Made by a program: the position numbers and the translations under genes
Shown here: piece by piece, positions 1 through 14,929 of the stretch
Layout of the letters: each line of letters opens with the position of its first letter
Numbering within the stretch: the stretch's first letter is position 1
Source: the human T2T-CHM13v2.0 reference genome, Homo sapiens
DNA: 64,000 nucleotides
Assembly (NCBI RefSeq): GCF_009914755.1
Contig: NC_060931.1
Strand: one strand, 5' to 3'
Notes under the pieces: generated by a model
Seen by the model: the letters and a program-made list of their open reading frames with translations, nothing else
Databases searched by the model: none
What the model was told of the DNA's origin: nothing

Positions 1-509
1 ATAACTTTTTGAACTTTCTAGACTTCAGTTATTTTCAAACATAAACCTCATAGTCAAGATCATCTATTTATCAATCATTGAACATGTCTGTGCTTGCTAT
101 GTAGCCCTCTTTCCCTGATATCAAATTTCCACTTACCTTTCCAAGTGTATCTCAAATACCTCCTTTTCTATGAAGCAATTACAGTTGACCTAAAGTTTAC
201 CTTCTTTCTATATTTTCAATTTTGACAGCTTGAACGTTTTAATAGAAAACATAATTCAGATCGAACTTCAAAAAATAAACAGAAAAAATTAGAAAAATAT
301 TTAGTATTGTGAGTGGTAAAAAAAAAAATAGATTGTTTTCAACATATCAGCTAAAGTCAAATTGGTGCATTGCATATATTATTTCTCAACTAATATTAGT
401 TGGTAGGATAATAAAATTAAAGTTTTGCAATTACCTGGTGAATGGCTCAGCATAGAAACACCCTAAGACTTAAGACACAGAATACATTAGCCATCCTATA
501 TATATCTCT

Positions 510-1990
510 TCCTGAACAAACCTTCCCACTAGATAATTTTTTTTAATTTTTAAAATATAACTTGAATACAATATTTTAAATGAAATAATCATTTTCTTTT
601 CTTTGTAGTTTAACCACCTATGTATGCATATCTAAACAAGAAAACTTGGTTTTGTCTATTTTTGAACATCATATAAACCAAATCATATTATCTATATACT
701 TTTGTGACTTGTTTTATTTAACATATTAATTGTCTTTAGCAGTTGTTTGTTCATTTTCAATGTTGTATAGCATTCTATTATATGCCATACTTTTCCTATT
801 CTACTTTTTATGGCTATTTAGGTTATTTCCAGTTTGGAACTATTACAGTGAACACAGGAATGAACACTCTTTTACATGCCTTTTAGTGCACATGTGCAAG
901 AGTTACTCTATGATTATACATAGGATGAGAACCACAGGGTCATAGGCTATGCATATTTTCAACCTTGATGATTACTGTTAAATGATTTTCCAAAGTGATT
1001 GTACCAAATGACACTCAAACTAGCAGCTTATGAGAGTTTGAATTGTTAAACTAAATTTTTTCAATTAGATGACTGAAATTGGTTTCATTTCCATTTTCCT
1101 AATTACTTGTGAGGTCAGGCATATTTTATAAATGTCCTCTTTTTGAAGTATTTATTAAGATCTTTTATCCATTTTCTATTGGGTCCCTAGACACTATATA
1201 TTTTTAATTCCTAGACACACACACACACACACTCATACACACACACACACACAGAGGATTATATTTTAAAAAGCATACATTTATGATATGTATACATACA
1301 TGTGTGTATATATAAATATATATATATTCCAGTTCTTAGTAAAATGCAACTATATTTTTAGTTTTGCAGTTTCTCTTATCTCTCTTGATGTATTTAACAG
1401 AAATTCTAACTTTTAAATTAGTAAGTTTAGCTTTTCCTTTTTGGTCCTATTTAAGAGTTCTTTCCCTGCTACATAGTCATGAAAGTTTTCACTTGTATTA
1501 TTTTCTAAAGGCTTTATAGCTTTGTTATTTGCATTTAGTTCTGTAATTTATCTAAAATTTGTGTGGATAGGATAAGGTAGAGATCTAATAGTTTTTGCCA
1601 TATGTATAAAAAATAACCTAATATATTTAAAAAAATGGTTCTTTCCCCAATAATCTGCAATGCTACCTTTAACAAATATTTACATTTTCATGGATTTATT
1701 TCTGGACACTGTATCCTGTTACATTGGTTTATTTTTCTATTGCTGTGCCAATAGCCATATTGTCTTAATTCCTATAGCTAATTGAGCATGTCTTTCTTCA
1801 TTTTGGCTATTTTGACCATTTGGTTTTCTATGTATATTTCAGAATATGTTTTTTAAGTTGACAAAAATTTTAAAAATTTTGATTCGGACTGTATTGAATC
1901 TGTAGATAAATTTGGGTATGTTTGGCATCACATTGAATTTTACTATCCATTTGTTTTATATCTCCCTTAGGTACTTTTTTCTTTAACATA
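510..1990 (-). mobile_element. Ancient L1M (L1ME-type) ORF2 3' end/3'UTR fragments
   Basis: Degenerate antisense L1M motifs (ttatttccagtttgga, ttttccaaagtgattgtaccaa, gtattgaatctgtagataaatttggg); boundaries approximate. Confidence 0.6.
1214..1253. repeat. (CA)n microsatellite
   Basis: Interrupted CA run. Confidence 0.9.
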
Positions 1991-3203
1991 AAAATTATTT
2001 ATCTATTTACTAAATAATTCATTGGAAAAAGCTTCATATTAGGAAGAGTGTGTGTAGGTGAGGGAAATTGAAGGTATATGTATGTGACAGGCATATTTTT
2101 AGAGCATATTACCATTTTCTATTTTCAGAGAATACAGAGCATTTACTTTATTGCTTTTAGCCTCCCTCTTCACCCACTGGATAGTTCTTCATTTTGGTAG
2201 AGTTGCTATTTTTATTAGGTTGTGTTTTACTTGTGGGGATGGCTCTGCTTTAAAAGCTAGTGCCTGCATGTGTCATGGTCTTTTTACCATATCCTCCTTG
2301 TTTCCGATGAATCAAATTGCCATTATTTTATTTGTGTTCATACCCTTTTCTATGATGTTTATTGAGTAAACAGATTTTTTGCCTTGCTGGCCCATGGGAA
2401 AAATAAGCCTCAGTTGAGTCTTGGCTTAAGCCACATTCTCCAAATCAGCCTCTCCCAAGCAACCCTGTATTTGCAGGGTTATTGGATAACTGCTCAGCCA
2501 GAGTTTACCCTATACCCTCCTCCCCATTTGACTATTACTATATATAAAAGAATGTATAGAAGAATTAGAAAACGGTACAATTCAAGAACTAGACTGTTTC
2601 CAAACATTCAGTGCCAGATTTTCCCCCGTGCAAAATCTTATATATGTTTCACAAAGCAATTTATACTTTCGTATGGTGACTGTAACTAATAGAATTATTA
2701 TTTTTATTTTATACATCATTTTCTTCCATTAAAATAGAAATGTGGACTTCCTTTCTTTTTTAAAAATTAACATTAATATTACTAATTATTAACTTTTTTT
2801 AGGCCTGAAAGTGAAGGTCATAGCTAAACATTAGATGAGCATGCACATTAGGGCATATGCTTTTTCAAACCTTACCATGTTGAGTCTATTTGCCAGATGC
2901 TGTTATTGTGAACCTTAACAATTAAGATGTTATTTCTAGTACTTTACAGTTTTTAAGTCACTTAAGTATGCTTTATCACATTTGATCATCATAAGCTATT
3001 TATATAGGTAAGGCATGCATTTTTAATTCCCTTTTTATACCTGTGAAAATTGATCAAAAGTACTAGATTCATTTCTGAGTTACTAAGATCAAGAGCATTG
3101 TTGACTCTGCTTTTTTGAATGGAATGAACAAATGCCCCAGAATTTTAGAGTTGATAAATTGTAAAGCTGTATCTTAAATATAGTTTCTGGTTAACCTAAG
3201 AAA

Positions 3204-3730
3204 TAGTGCAAAATAGTAGAAAGCACACAGGCTTTGGAGTCGGACATATGTACATTTAAACTTAGCGGTCTATTAGCTGTGTGACCAAGGATAACGTATT
3301 TAACTTCTCTGAACCTTACTTTCTTTTTTTTTTTTTTTTTTTTTGAGACAAGGTCTCACTCTGATTGCTAGGCTGGAGTGCAATGGTGCAATCTTGGCTC
3401 ACTGAAGCCTTGACCTCCTGGGCTCAGGTGATTCTCTCACCTCAGCCTCCCGAGTAGCTGGGATTACAGGCATGCACCACCACACCTGGCTAGTATTTTG
3501 TATTTTTAGTAGAGACAGGGTTTTGCTATGTTGTCCAGGCTGGTCTTGAACTCCAGTACTCAAGCAATCCACCCACCTCAGCCTCCTATAGTGCTGGGAA
3601 TACAGGCATGAGCCACTGCACCCTGCCCAAGCCTTACTTTCTTAATCTATACAATGTGTGTGGCATTATGTAACCCTTAAATTTGTTGCAGGATTACATG
3701 CATGCCTCTAGCATGGTGCTTAACACATGG
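3204..3730 (+). mobile_element. MIR SINE, split by an AluJ
   Basis: ggctttggagtcggac...ttagctgtgtgacc...ttaacttctctgaacc core, continuing after the Alu. Confidence 0.6.
3324..3628 (-). mobile_element. AluJ
   Basis: Poly-T plus antisense Alu dimer with J-type features; TSD ccttactttctt at 3314-3325 and 3632-3643. Confidence 0.92.
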
Positions 3731-3997
3731 AAGAGTTTCGGTATATTGAATCAATTATTATAATGTTTAATCCTTTAAAAGTAAAATGGATATTAAACAA
3801 AAAAGTAAGGGCACATATACTAATATATAATATTTTAAAAATATTTACTCCAAACTTGAGTTTGAAATTTCTGCTATTTTAGCTTGGGCAAATTTTCATC
3901 TCCTTTTCCCTTGAGAAATGTCTACTTTATGTCTATTCGAGGGTGTCAATGGGAGCTTCATGGCTTGGAGAGAAAAATGATCATCATTAGGGAATGT

Positions 3998-4431
3998 TGT
4001 GATATGCTGCCCAGATCTCTGTTCAGCACAGAAGAGCTTGTTAGTCTAATTGCTTGAAACCCTTACGTGTCATCCTTCTTTGGAAACTGCTCTTGGTTGG
4101 AAAACGCTGCATATCCCAAAGTCACACTCCTACCACTCCTTTTTTAGGGGTAGCCAACTTCCAATGACTGATCAATTTGAGGATATAAGGGCTTGGCTTT
4201 CTCACCACAATCTGCAACAAATTGGAAGGAACCTCCCACCTTTAGAATTCCCTGTGGACTTTGACCATTGTTGAGACTATATTTTATTCCAACTTTTCCT
4301 GCTGTCCAATCTTGCTTTTCATCCTTCCCCTTCCACAGGTGCTGATTCTAGAACACTTCTCAATACCTTTTCTAAATGCCAATCTCTATCCAAGGATATG
4401 TTTCCCAAGGATATGTATCCTAACCTGCAAC
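3998..4431 (+). mobile_element. ERVL LTR16-type solo LTR
   Basis: Resembles the LTR16 3' half (ttgagact...ccaatcttgc...ccacaggtgctgat...aatctctatc...aacctgcaaca). Confidence 0.6.
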
Positions 4432-4937
4432 ATAGTCTCACTCTACTTTTCTTTGGCTTTCTGAGTCAGGTTTTTGTGCTAAGATTTGTCCCATTATATA
4501 TTGATTAATAAAGTTGAAGTACTCAAGCTATTAATATTTTAAAATCATTCCCATCAGATGCCATGTTTTTCAAAAGTGAGCACAACTCCTGTGCTTGTTT
4601 TTTTCTGGTAGTTGTTTCCTTGATGGCATATTGAGCCCATAGTCAAAATGTTTTGGGATAATCCATTTATGCCACCTAGGTAGTATAAGTGGATGGTGGA
4701 GTGGAGGGATGGAAAAGCAGGAGACATGGGGACATGTCTCAGAAAGAGCTGGAGTGCTCTTAAATTTCCCGGTCATCACATGAAGACTAACATGTTTCCA
4801 GGAATTAAGTCCTGGGAACATAGTCTTTTCCTCTTTTCCCCTATAAACCCTCATCTACAGCAGCAGGAAATGCTGAAGCAAGCTTTCCTGAAGAGAGTAA
4901 ACGCTATTTTTCTAGAGTTTTAAGAGGTACCATGGCA

Positions 4938-5214
4938 GGCCGGGCACGGTGGCTCACGCCTGTAATCCCAGCACTTTGGGAGGCCAAGGCAGGCGGATCA
5001 CGAGGTCAGGAGATTGAGACCACGGTGAAACGCAGTCTCTACTAAAAATACAAAAAATTAGCCGGGCGCAGTGGCGGGCACCTGTAGTCCCAGCTACTCA
5101 GGAGGCTGAGGCAGGAAAATGGCGTGAACCCAGGAAGCAGAGCTTGCAGTGAGGTGAGATCACACCACTGCACTCCAACCTGGGCGACAGAGTGAGACTC
5201 CATCTCAAAAAAAA
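4938..5214 (+). mobile_element. AluY with a 12-bp left-arm deletion (AluYd-lineage type)
   Basis: gagaccacggtgaaac lacks the usual atcctggctaac; perfect 16-bp TSD aagaggtaccatggca at 4922-4937 and 5215-5230. Confidence 0.93.
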
Positions 5215-5687
5215 AAGAGGTACCATGGCATAAATTGTATCCAGGTAGTCAGCTATGGATAGAAAGATGAAAAGAGAACACAGAAATATACTTTATCAGG
5301 TCAGGAGATGGGCAACTTGGCTTTTAGTAAAATATGACTTGAATGCCTCTGGCATAGCTCTTCCATGTCTCCTGGGGCATCTTTTTTCTACTGGGATCTT
5401 CAAATTGGAGAATATGGACACACCTGTGAACAAATATGTGCACAGCTACAAGAAAATTACCTTTCTAATTGGAGATTTTTTTTTCAAAGATTTGGAAAAC
5501 ATCGAAGTTTTATTTTCTTAGAATATTCATCATGTAGTATATTCACAGGTGAAATTATAAGAATATAACTTTTCTATTTTGGTGAATGTCTATTTTGTCT
5601 CAAAAGCCTGGAGCATGGAAACTTTTAAAGTATAAGCAGTGATTGAAAAATTATAGTAGTTTTGTGTTATGAAAAAACCTAATGCTT

Positions 5688-8158
<2,471 letters not shown>

Positions 8159-8227
8159 GGATGCTTTTAAGACTAGGGCAACGTAAACAGGAAGAGATAA
8201 TGCACCAGAACAAAAATACGGAAGTGA

Positions 8228-8557
<330 letters not shown>

Positions 8558-11216
8558 GAAGTCTAGTTATTGTTGAGACTGCATTTTATTTCAACATTTC
8601 CTGCTCTGCAATCTTGCTTTCCTCCCTCTCCTTTCATAGGTGTTGATTCTATAACACTTCTCAATACATTTTCTGAATGACATTACATTTTCTGTTTATC
8701 AAGGAGCTGGTACAGGGGAGAATAAAGTATATGAAGTACAGGAAGCGAGCTAATGGAAAGAATGAAGGATATGAAGAGCCACACAATTTACTGAAAAAAA
8801 AAAAGCCTGCTTCAGATCAGTTAAACATCTTCAAATATGTTTGTGAAGACATGTTAAGTAAGTTCACCATGATTAATGATAAAAAACAACAAAACTTGTG
8901 AACACATTTCAGCAACAAATGTGTGATTTTTATAAAGCATTCCTGATGAGCAAAAAGTGTTTCTAAAAGATATGTGCACAGATGGAGCCAAATCACGACA
9001 GACAAAACATGGTGCCTTGAAATGTACTTGCACCCTCTTCTTTATCCATCATAAATCAGGAAGAAAATCACAAGGCAATCTCATTGTAGCGGTTTGTTTA
9101 TTAAGGTAGCAAAATGGTAAATACTATTAAGAGGGTTTCTTTAAAAACATATATTAAAACACCACATTATACTCCATAAATATATAATATATACAGTTGT
9201 CATTAGCGCAAAATAAAATAATTTTAAAATGAAAAAATTTGGTCAGATGTCAAATAGGAAGTAACTCAGATTCTTGCATAACTATGACCATGAATGAAAC
9301 TGTTTATGTATTTTCAAAGTCTTAATATCTATTTTCCTTTAATGAGGAAAAAGGCACTATAATAAAGGGCAAGAATCTGTCCACATGAATTAATTCATTG
9401 CCAACTTTATTGAAGAGTGTGTTACAAATATTTGCTTACATAGTGATTTTTTTTTCAAGGCTGAATACTTACAATCAATTAACTGTAAGGCAAAAATTGA
9501 ATGATCTGACTGCATACAACAAAATGGCTACTGTGAAAATGATGTTTGAGACTTAGATGAGAAGTTAATTATTGATAAAATGAGTCATTTACGATTTTTA
9601 GTCTATTTACATGGAAGGAAAATGAGAGCATTAAGAGTAAAGAACATCAACAGTAGGTTTTTCATTTTTTCTTTAACTAAAAAGACCTTTGTTTAAATTT
9701 TTCCCCAAGAGAGTAATATGGCCTGACCAGTGGAACGGAAACACTTTCAGCCCAGAACCTGACAACCATTGCCTAGAGATTTCAATAAGAAGATGCATTT
9801 ATTAAAATTTCCATTAGGAAAACCCCCTAAACTTTGCATTGTCTTTTCTAAGTGTATGTCTGAGGGTCTTCCATCAGAATAAGCACCAAAGATCATATAA
9901 AGGGGAAGAGTTGCTGATTGTTTCTTTTTTGGTAAGAAAGAAGTCTTATAAAATATGGCTCTGAGACAAACAGGCAAAATTGTATGGGAGATGTCAATCA
10001 AGATTCAATTCAAGCTAATTTTCCAAAGTTGACAGATTCATTAAAATAACATACTGTGCATTATCAGTGAGATTTTTTTTTTAAATTAAGGTATATTGCT
10101 TATCTAATTGGAAAATAAAGCAATTTGGCATTCATTCAACAGGTAGTTTTTGATTGCTTATTAGGTGCTGGGCCTAGTGATAGACACTCAAGATCCGGCA
10201 GGAAACAAATACTCCTTATGGTCATTAAAACAAGCATAAATATGAAATAAACTACACTGTCAAATTTGCATGAGTTTTAAAGAATGTTTTCAAAGAAATT
10301 TTATGTTTATATAGCACTGCTTCAGGCTATGTCTCCAGACTCCCAAGCAGCCCACATTATCTTTACTCTGTATTAGACATACTAAGCTAAACCTTTGTGA
10401 ATTAATATACATACAAACATTGCTTCTATATTATTTGTTACTTATGTTCTCTGTGGTTCTATGCAATTCAGATGGAGTGGTTCCCAGGCCTAGATATCTT
10501 GAGTCTTTGAAGAAATAAAGAGTCCCAACTAGTTGTACAGTTTCTATCTCTGGCCCTTGGACAGGCAGAACATCTATCACTTTTTCTCACATGCTAATTA
10601 AAAGCTCTACATTAGTGTCAACTCTTCTGTTGTCCTAACTGACCTCTCTGTCTTTCACATTCAGGCTATAGTATCATTTGCATTGGCCAATTTATTAAGC
10701 TAAGGATTAGGATCAATGAGTCTAATCACCCCTTCATAAAATTCCTTCATCAAATATTGTTGAACATCTATTTGTGATTGAGAAAATATACTCCTTGTAC
10801 TTATGAGATTTAAAATTTAAGAAGAGATAAAAAGTGTCATTTGATTACTTGGAGTCATTTAGCATGTATGTATAGATAGTATCATGATTGTAGGTTTTTT
10901 TAACATATAAGTTTTTTTTTTTCAGTCATCAAAAAGTAAAGAACACTGAAGAAGATTAATTTCCTGCTACTATATGATATAACAGTATCTGGTTTCCTTG
11001 GACAATACAGGAGATATAGTAACCCACATTTTCCAATAATCTTTCATTTTTCTTGACTTTCATTTTTAGTTTATATCTTGTAATTTCTGAAGTTTTGTGT
11101 CATAAAGCACCTTTCTACATCCCATAGTAGATAAGTCTTTGATTTTATCTTTTATTCCTGATTTTCTAGCACTGATGCCTACCAGCCATATATATATATA
11201 TTTACCTATTTAATAT

Positions 11217-11606
11217 TGTTACAAAGTAAACTGAGGCACAATACAATTTTTAAAAATTTATTTGCACATATAGCAATTCATGAATTGGGTAGCTCTAAAT
11301 GAGGGGAAATGCAAGGAGGAGGCTTTTATAGGGTGAATATATAAAATATTTGACTGGTTCCAAATATATACTTGCCTTATTTGGTCTATTCCTTTGAAAA
11401 GTCTAATTATATAAATAGAAGTTTGTTGGCTATCTCAGATTGGTTGAGTTTAAGTTTTCCTTTTTAAGAATATAGGCATTTATAAGAAATAGCTCAAGTT
11501 AAGTTTTGCTTATGTTTACAAATCAAAGGTTGAGGTGACTTATGAGGCTTAACTGGCGTTGTCTGCTGAAGAACTCATCAGGCCTTCATTCTAATTTACT
11601 TTAACA
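11217..11606 (-). mobile_element. ERV1-class solo LTR (MER57/MER84/MER87-like; exact family uncertain)
   Basis: TGTT...AACA termini; minus strand starts tgttaaagtaaatt and contains CCAAT elements typical of this group. Confidence 0.65.
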
Positions 11607-12890
11607 GTACATGTATATACATTTATATACATTTACTATTTATATGCATTTACTAAAATTTATACACATTTAAAGTTGTATACATTTCCTAAAAATAGGG
11701 CATATTATTTTTAAATGGGTCTTTTATGGTGTGCCTTTCCAATTAGTTCAGGAACTCTTAATAAGAGAGATACATGTCTTAGATCTGTATTATAATTCCC
11801 TTAGTGTATAGCATATTTTGAACCATTCTCATAAATAAATGCTCAATTTGTAAAAGAGCTTATACACCCAACTTCTCCATGAAGGAAGGATCCCTTTTTT
11901 TTCTCAAAGAGCTAACAATTAGACTCTAAATTAAGAGCCATTGTCAAGGTTGACAGATAAGGTTAAGGACAAGATCAGGAAGTAAAGCAATTTTGAGGGG
12001 GCAATGTGAGTCCTCACCAGATAAGACTTTATTTAGTCCACTATAGGGATTGGCCTAGATGATTTGTAATGTGCCACTCATGGCAGTTGCGAAACAGGAG
12101 TTAACAAAATGATTTGAGTAATAGCAGTGTCACTGAAATGAGTGCATTGCTTCTGCAGAAGCTCCAGCACTAAAATTCATTTGAATGTAAAAGATGTTAG
12201 GTTAAAAAAATTTTACCATTTCATTGCTTTTGCTAGCACAATTAAACTGTAACACAATGTTTCATTAGGTGTCTAAAATGAATAAGTGCTGAAAAAGAAT
12301 TCCAAAAAGGGAAGGAAGGTCTATGTGTGAGAGTGATCGGGTGAGATTTCCTGGAGAAGGTGATTCTTGTCTAAGGCCCAAAATGTTGGTGTTCTAGATG
12401 GAGACTGGGATACTCCATAGAAGGAACCTCAAATTCTTTGCCTGACAGAAGCAATAGACTAGATTATGCTGAAGCAGTATGAATGCTGATTATACATTAG
12501 CCAATTTAAAGAGGTTTGCATACTGTCATAATTATTCAATACATCTAAATTATGTTGACTAAATTCAATAACATATGCTATACAAGTGCATATACATTTC
12601 TACAATCTCAAAAATGCAGCATGGTACGAGTTGGCATTATGAATTTATATTCAACTGACTCTTCAAGAACTGAATCTAAAAATGTGACTATTAAAAATGC
12701 TAATTATACTACTACCAAGAGAAGAAAAATTTGAGAAATAAACTGTCCTTTTCAATGGAAAACTTTACATGTTGATTACTATTTAAAGTTAACTAGAAGT
12801 TGAAAACAGTGAAGGAAACACTTCTTTTATTTTCCAATAGGAGTTGGATTTGTTCAAGTCTATCTATTTGAATGTTCAAGTCTATCTATT

Positions 12891-13062
12891 AGGGGATAAG
12901 GGGAGTGGGAAATTGGGACTAAGTGCTAATAGGTACAGGATTTTTGGGGGTTGATGGAAATGTTCTAGGCTTAGATAGTGACAGTGGTTGCACACATAGT
13001 GAATGTACTAATACCCAATTTAAAATGATGGATTTTATGCTATGTGAATTGCATTTAAAAAA
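12891..13062 (+). mobile_element. L1MB-type 3' end
   Basis: gatggaaatgttctagg...ggttgcacac...ttttatgctatgtgaatt plus A-rich end. Confidence 0.7.
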
Positions 13063-13539
13063 CAAACAACAAAATGTTACAGTTTATTAAATAAAAGAAT
13101 AATTTCATGTATCCTGTATGAAAATTGTATAATCTATACTTGGAAACCATTGAATATCATATTGCTAAATGTATCATTTGTTTGGTAAATTACAAACATT
13201 AAGACTTTACTGTTGAGTATCATCAAATGCATTGTGATTGTCTATTTAAGCAGCCTGGTTTCAAACTACTTTTTTTTTTTTTTTTTTTTTTAGTTAAAGC
13301 AAAATGAGTTGAAGGGGGAAATTCTACTACTTCACATCTTAGGAAGTCACTCTCTCTCTACTTGATAAATGGAGGCCATTCAGTTACTTCCCCTTATTGC
13401 TAAGCGGTACTTAAAACAGACTTCTACCTGTGCCTTAGACTTATTCCTTTTTCATGTCTGTGTGCCTTACTTTCTCAATTAAGCCTGCTCTCCAGTAACT
13501 CCCATATACCCTTTGCACCTGCCTCCTTCTGATTTAAGA

Positions 13540-13990
13540 CATTAGGAAAGTTTATATAAGTTTGCCTCCACTTTCCTCACCAGCCTCATTTCTGACTACT
13601 CTCTTCCTTGCTCTGTGGAGTTCAGCTTCACAGAACTTCTTTTAGTTCCTTGAACTTGTATAGTCTCCCACAGAGTCTCCACTGTCTCTAATTCCTCTGC
13701 TGTGTCTCCATTCTCCTTTGCAAGGGTAATTCTTTCTTATCTTTTAGATCTCAGTTTGGAAATCCCTCAAGTGAGCTTGCCTGATTACCTGTACCTCTCC
13801 CTAACCTCCAGTCCAGATTATCTGGCCAACCTGTGGCCCTAGAGATATGCTCTACTCCCCAGCAATTGCTCTAATCATCATGCATTTCAATAATTGGCTT
13901 ATTTGTCTGCTTTCTCCACTACAATGTAAGCCTATGAACAAAGGAATTAGGTCTCCTTTGCTCCTAGATGCATCTCCCTTACCCAGCAGA
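13540..13990 (+). mobile_element. L2 fragment
   Basis: Degenerate L2 3' motifs (agatctcagttt, ctacaatgtaagcctatgaac). Confidence 0.5.
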
Positions 13991-14515
13991 ATTCATTCTC
14001 TCATTTACTTACACATTAGTTACTGTTTATGCAGGTTTTATATGTCCCAGACACTGTTCTAAGCATTGTAAATAAGAAAGACAGGGTCCTTAGCCTCAAA
14101 AAACTTAAATTCTAGTTGGGTGAGATATACAACACACATGCGAACAAACACGTCAAATAATAATGTAGTGATATAAAAGGATGCATCTGGAAGACAGTAG
14201 TCTATTTTAAATAAGGTTATCAAGAAGGCAGTTATTGAGCTTGGCCATGTGAACATTGGAAATAAGATCCTTGTTGGGAAAAAAAAACCAAAAACAAAAC
14301 TCAAGTACAGAGCCTCTGTGATAAGGAGGAGCTTGGCATTTTCTAGGAGGTGAAAGAAAGCCAGTGAGGGTGGAGCCTGGTGATCAAGAAGAGAATAGCC
14401 TAAGAGGTAGAAAAAGGGCTTGGGCCATAAGAAACTCATAGATCAGGATTAGGGAGTTATATTTTCATTCTATTGCAATTGAAGTTCTCTGACCAGTTTT
14501 AAAGCAGGAGAAATG
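13991..14515 (-). mobile_element. L2 fragment
   Basis: attcattc...ccagacactgttctaagc antisense L2 3' end. Confidence 0.55.
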
Positions 14516-14528
14516 GGAGTTTTTATTC

Positions 14529-14923
14529 TGATATGGTTAGACTTTGTGTCCCCACCCAGATCTCATCTTGAATTGTAATCCTCATAATCCCCACATGTCA
14601 AGGGAGAGAACAGGTGGAGGTAATTGAACCATGGGGGAAGTTTCCCCCATGCTGTTTTCATGATAGTGGGTGAGTTCTCCTAAGATCTGATGCTTTTGTA
14701 AGGGACTCTTCCCCCTTTGCTCAGCACTTCTCCCTCCTGCTGCCTTGCAAAGAACATGCCCTGTGAAGAAGGTGCCTTGCTTCCTCTTCACGTTCCACCA
14801 TGATTGTAAGTTTCTTGAGGCTTCCCCAGCCATGCTGAATTGTGAGCCAATTAAACCTCTTTCCTTTATAAATTACCTAGCCTCGGGCAGTTCTTTATAG
14901 AAGCATGAAAATGGATTAATACA
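14529..14923 (+). mobile_element. THE1 (THE1C/D) MaLR solo LTR
   Basis: tgatatggtt...taataca termini; 5-bp TSD tattc/cattc. Confidence 0.92.
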
Positions 14924-14929
14924 CATTCT

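Noticed and set aside
2782-2913. Plus-strand branch point and acceptor at 2782-2802, and a possible minus-strand 38-nt exon ending ATG|GTAAGG
   Set aside because: Each lacks a strong partner splice site or a recognisable coding frame
4560-4720. Minus-strand acceptor-like tract followed by a ~40-codon open frame
   Set aside because: No recognisable protein similarity and no clear donor
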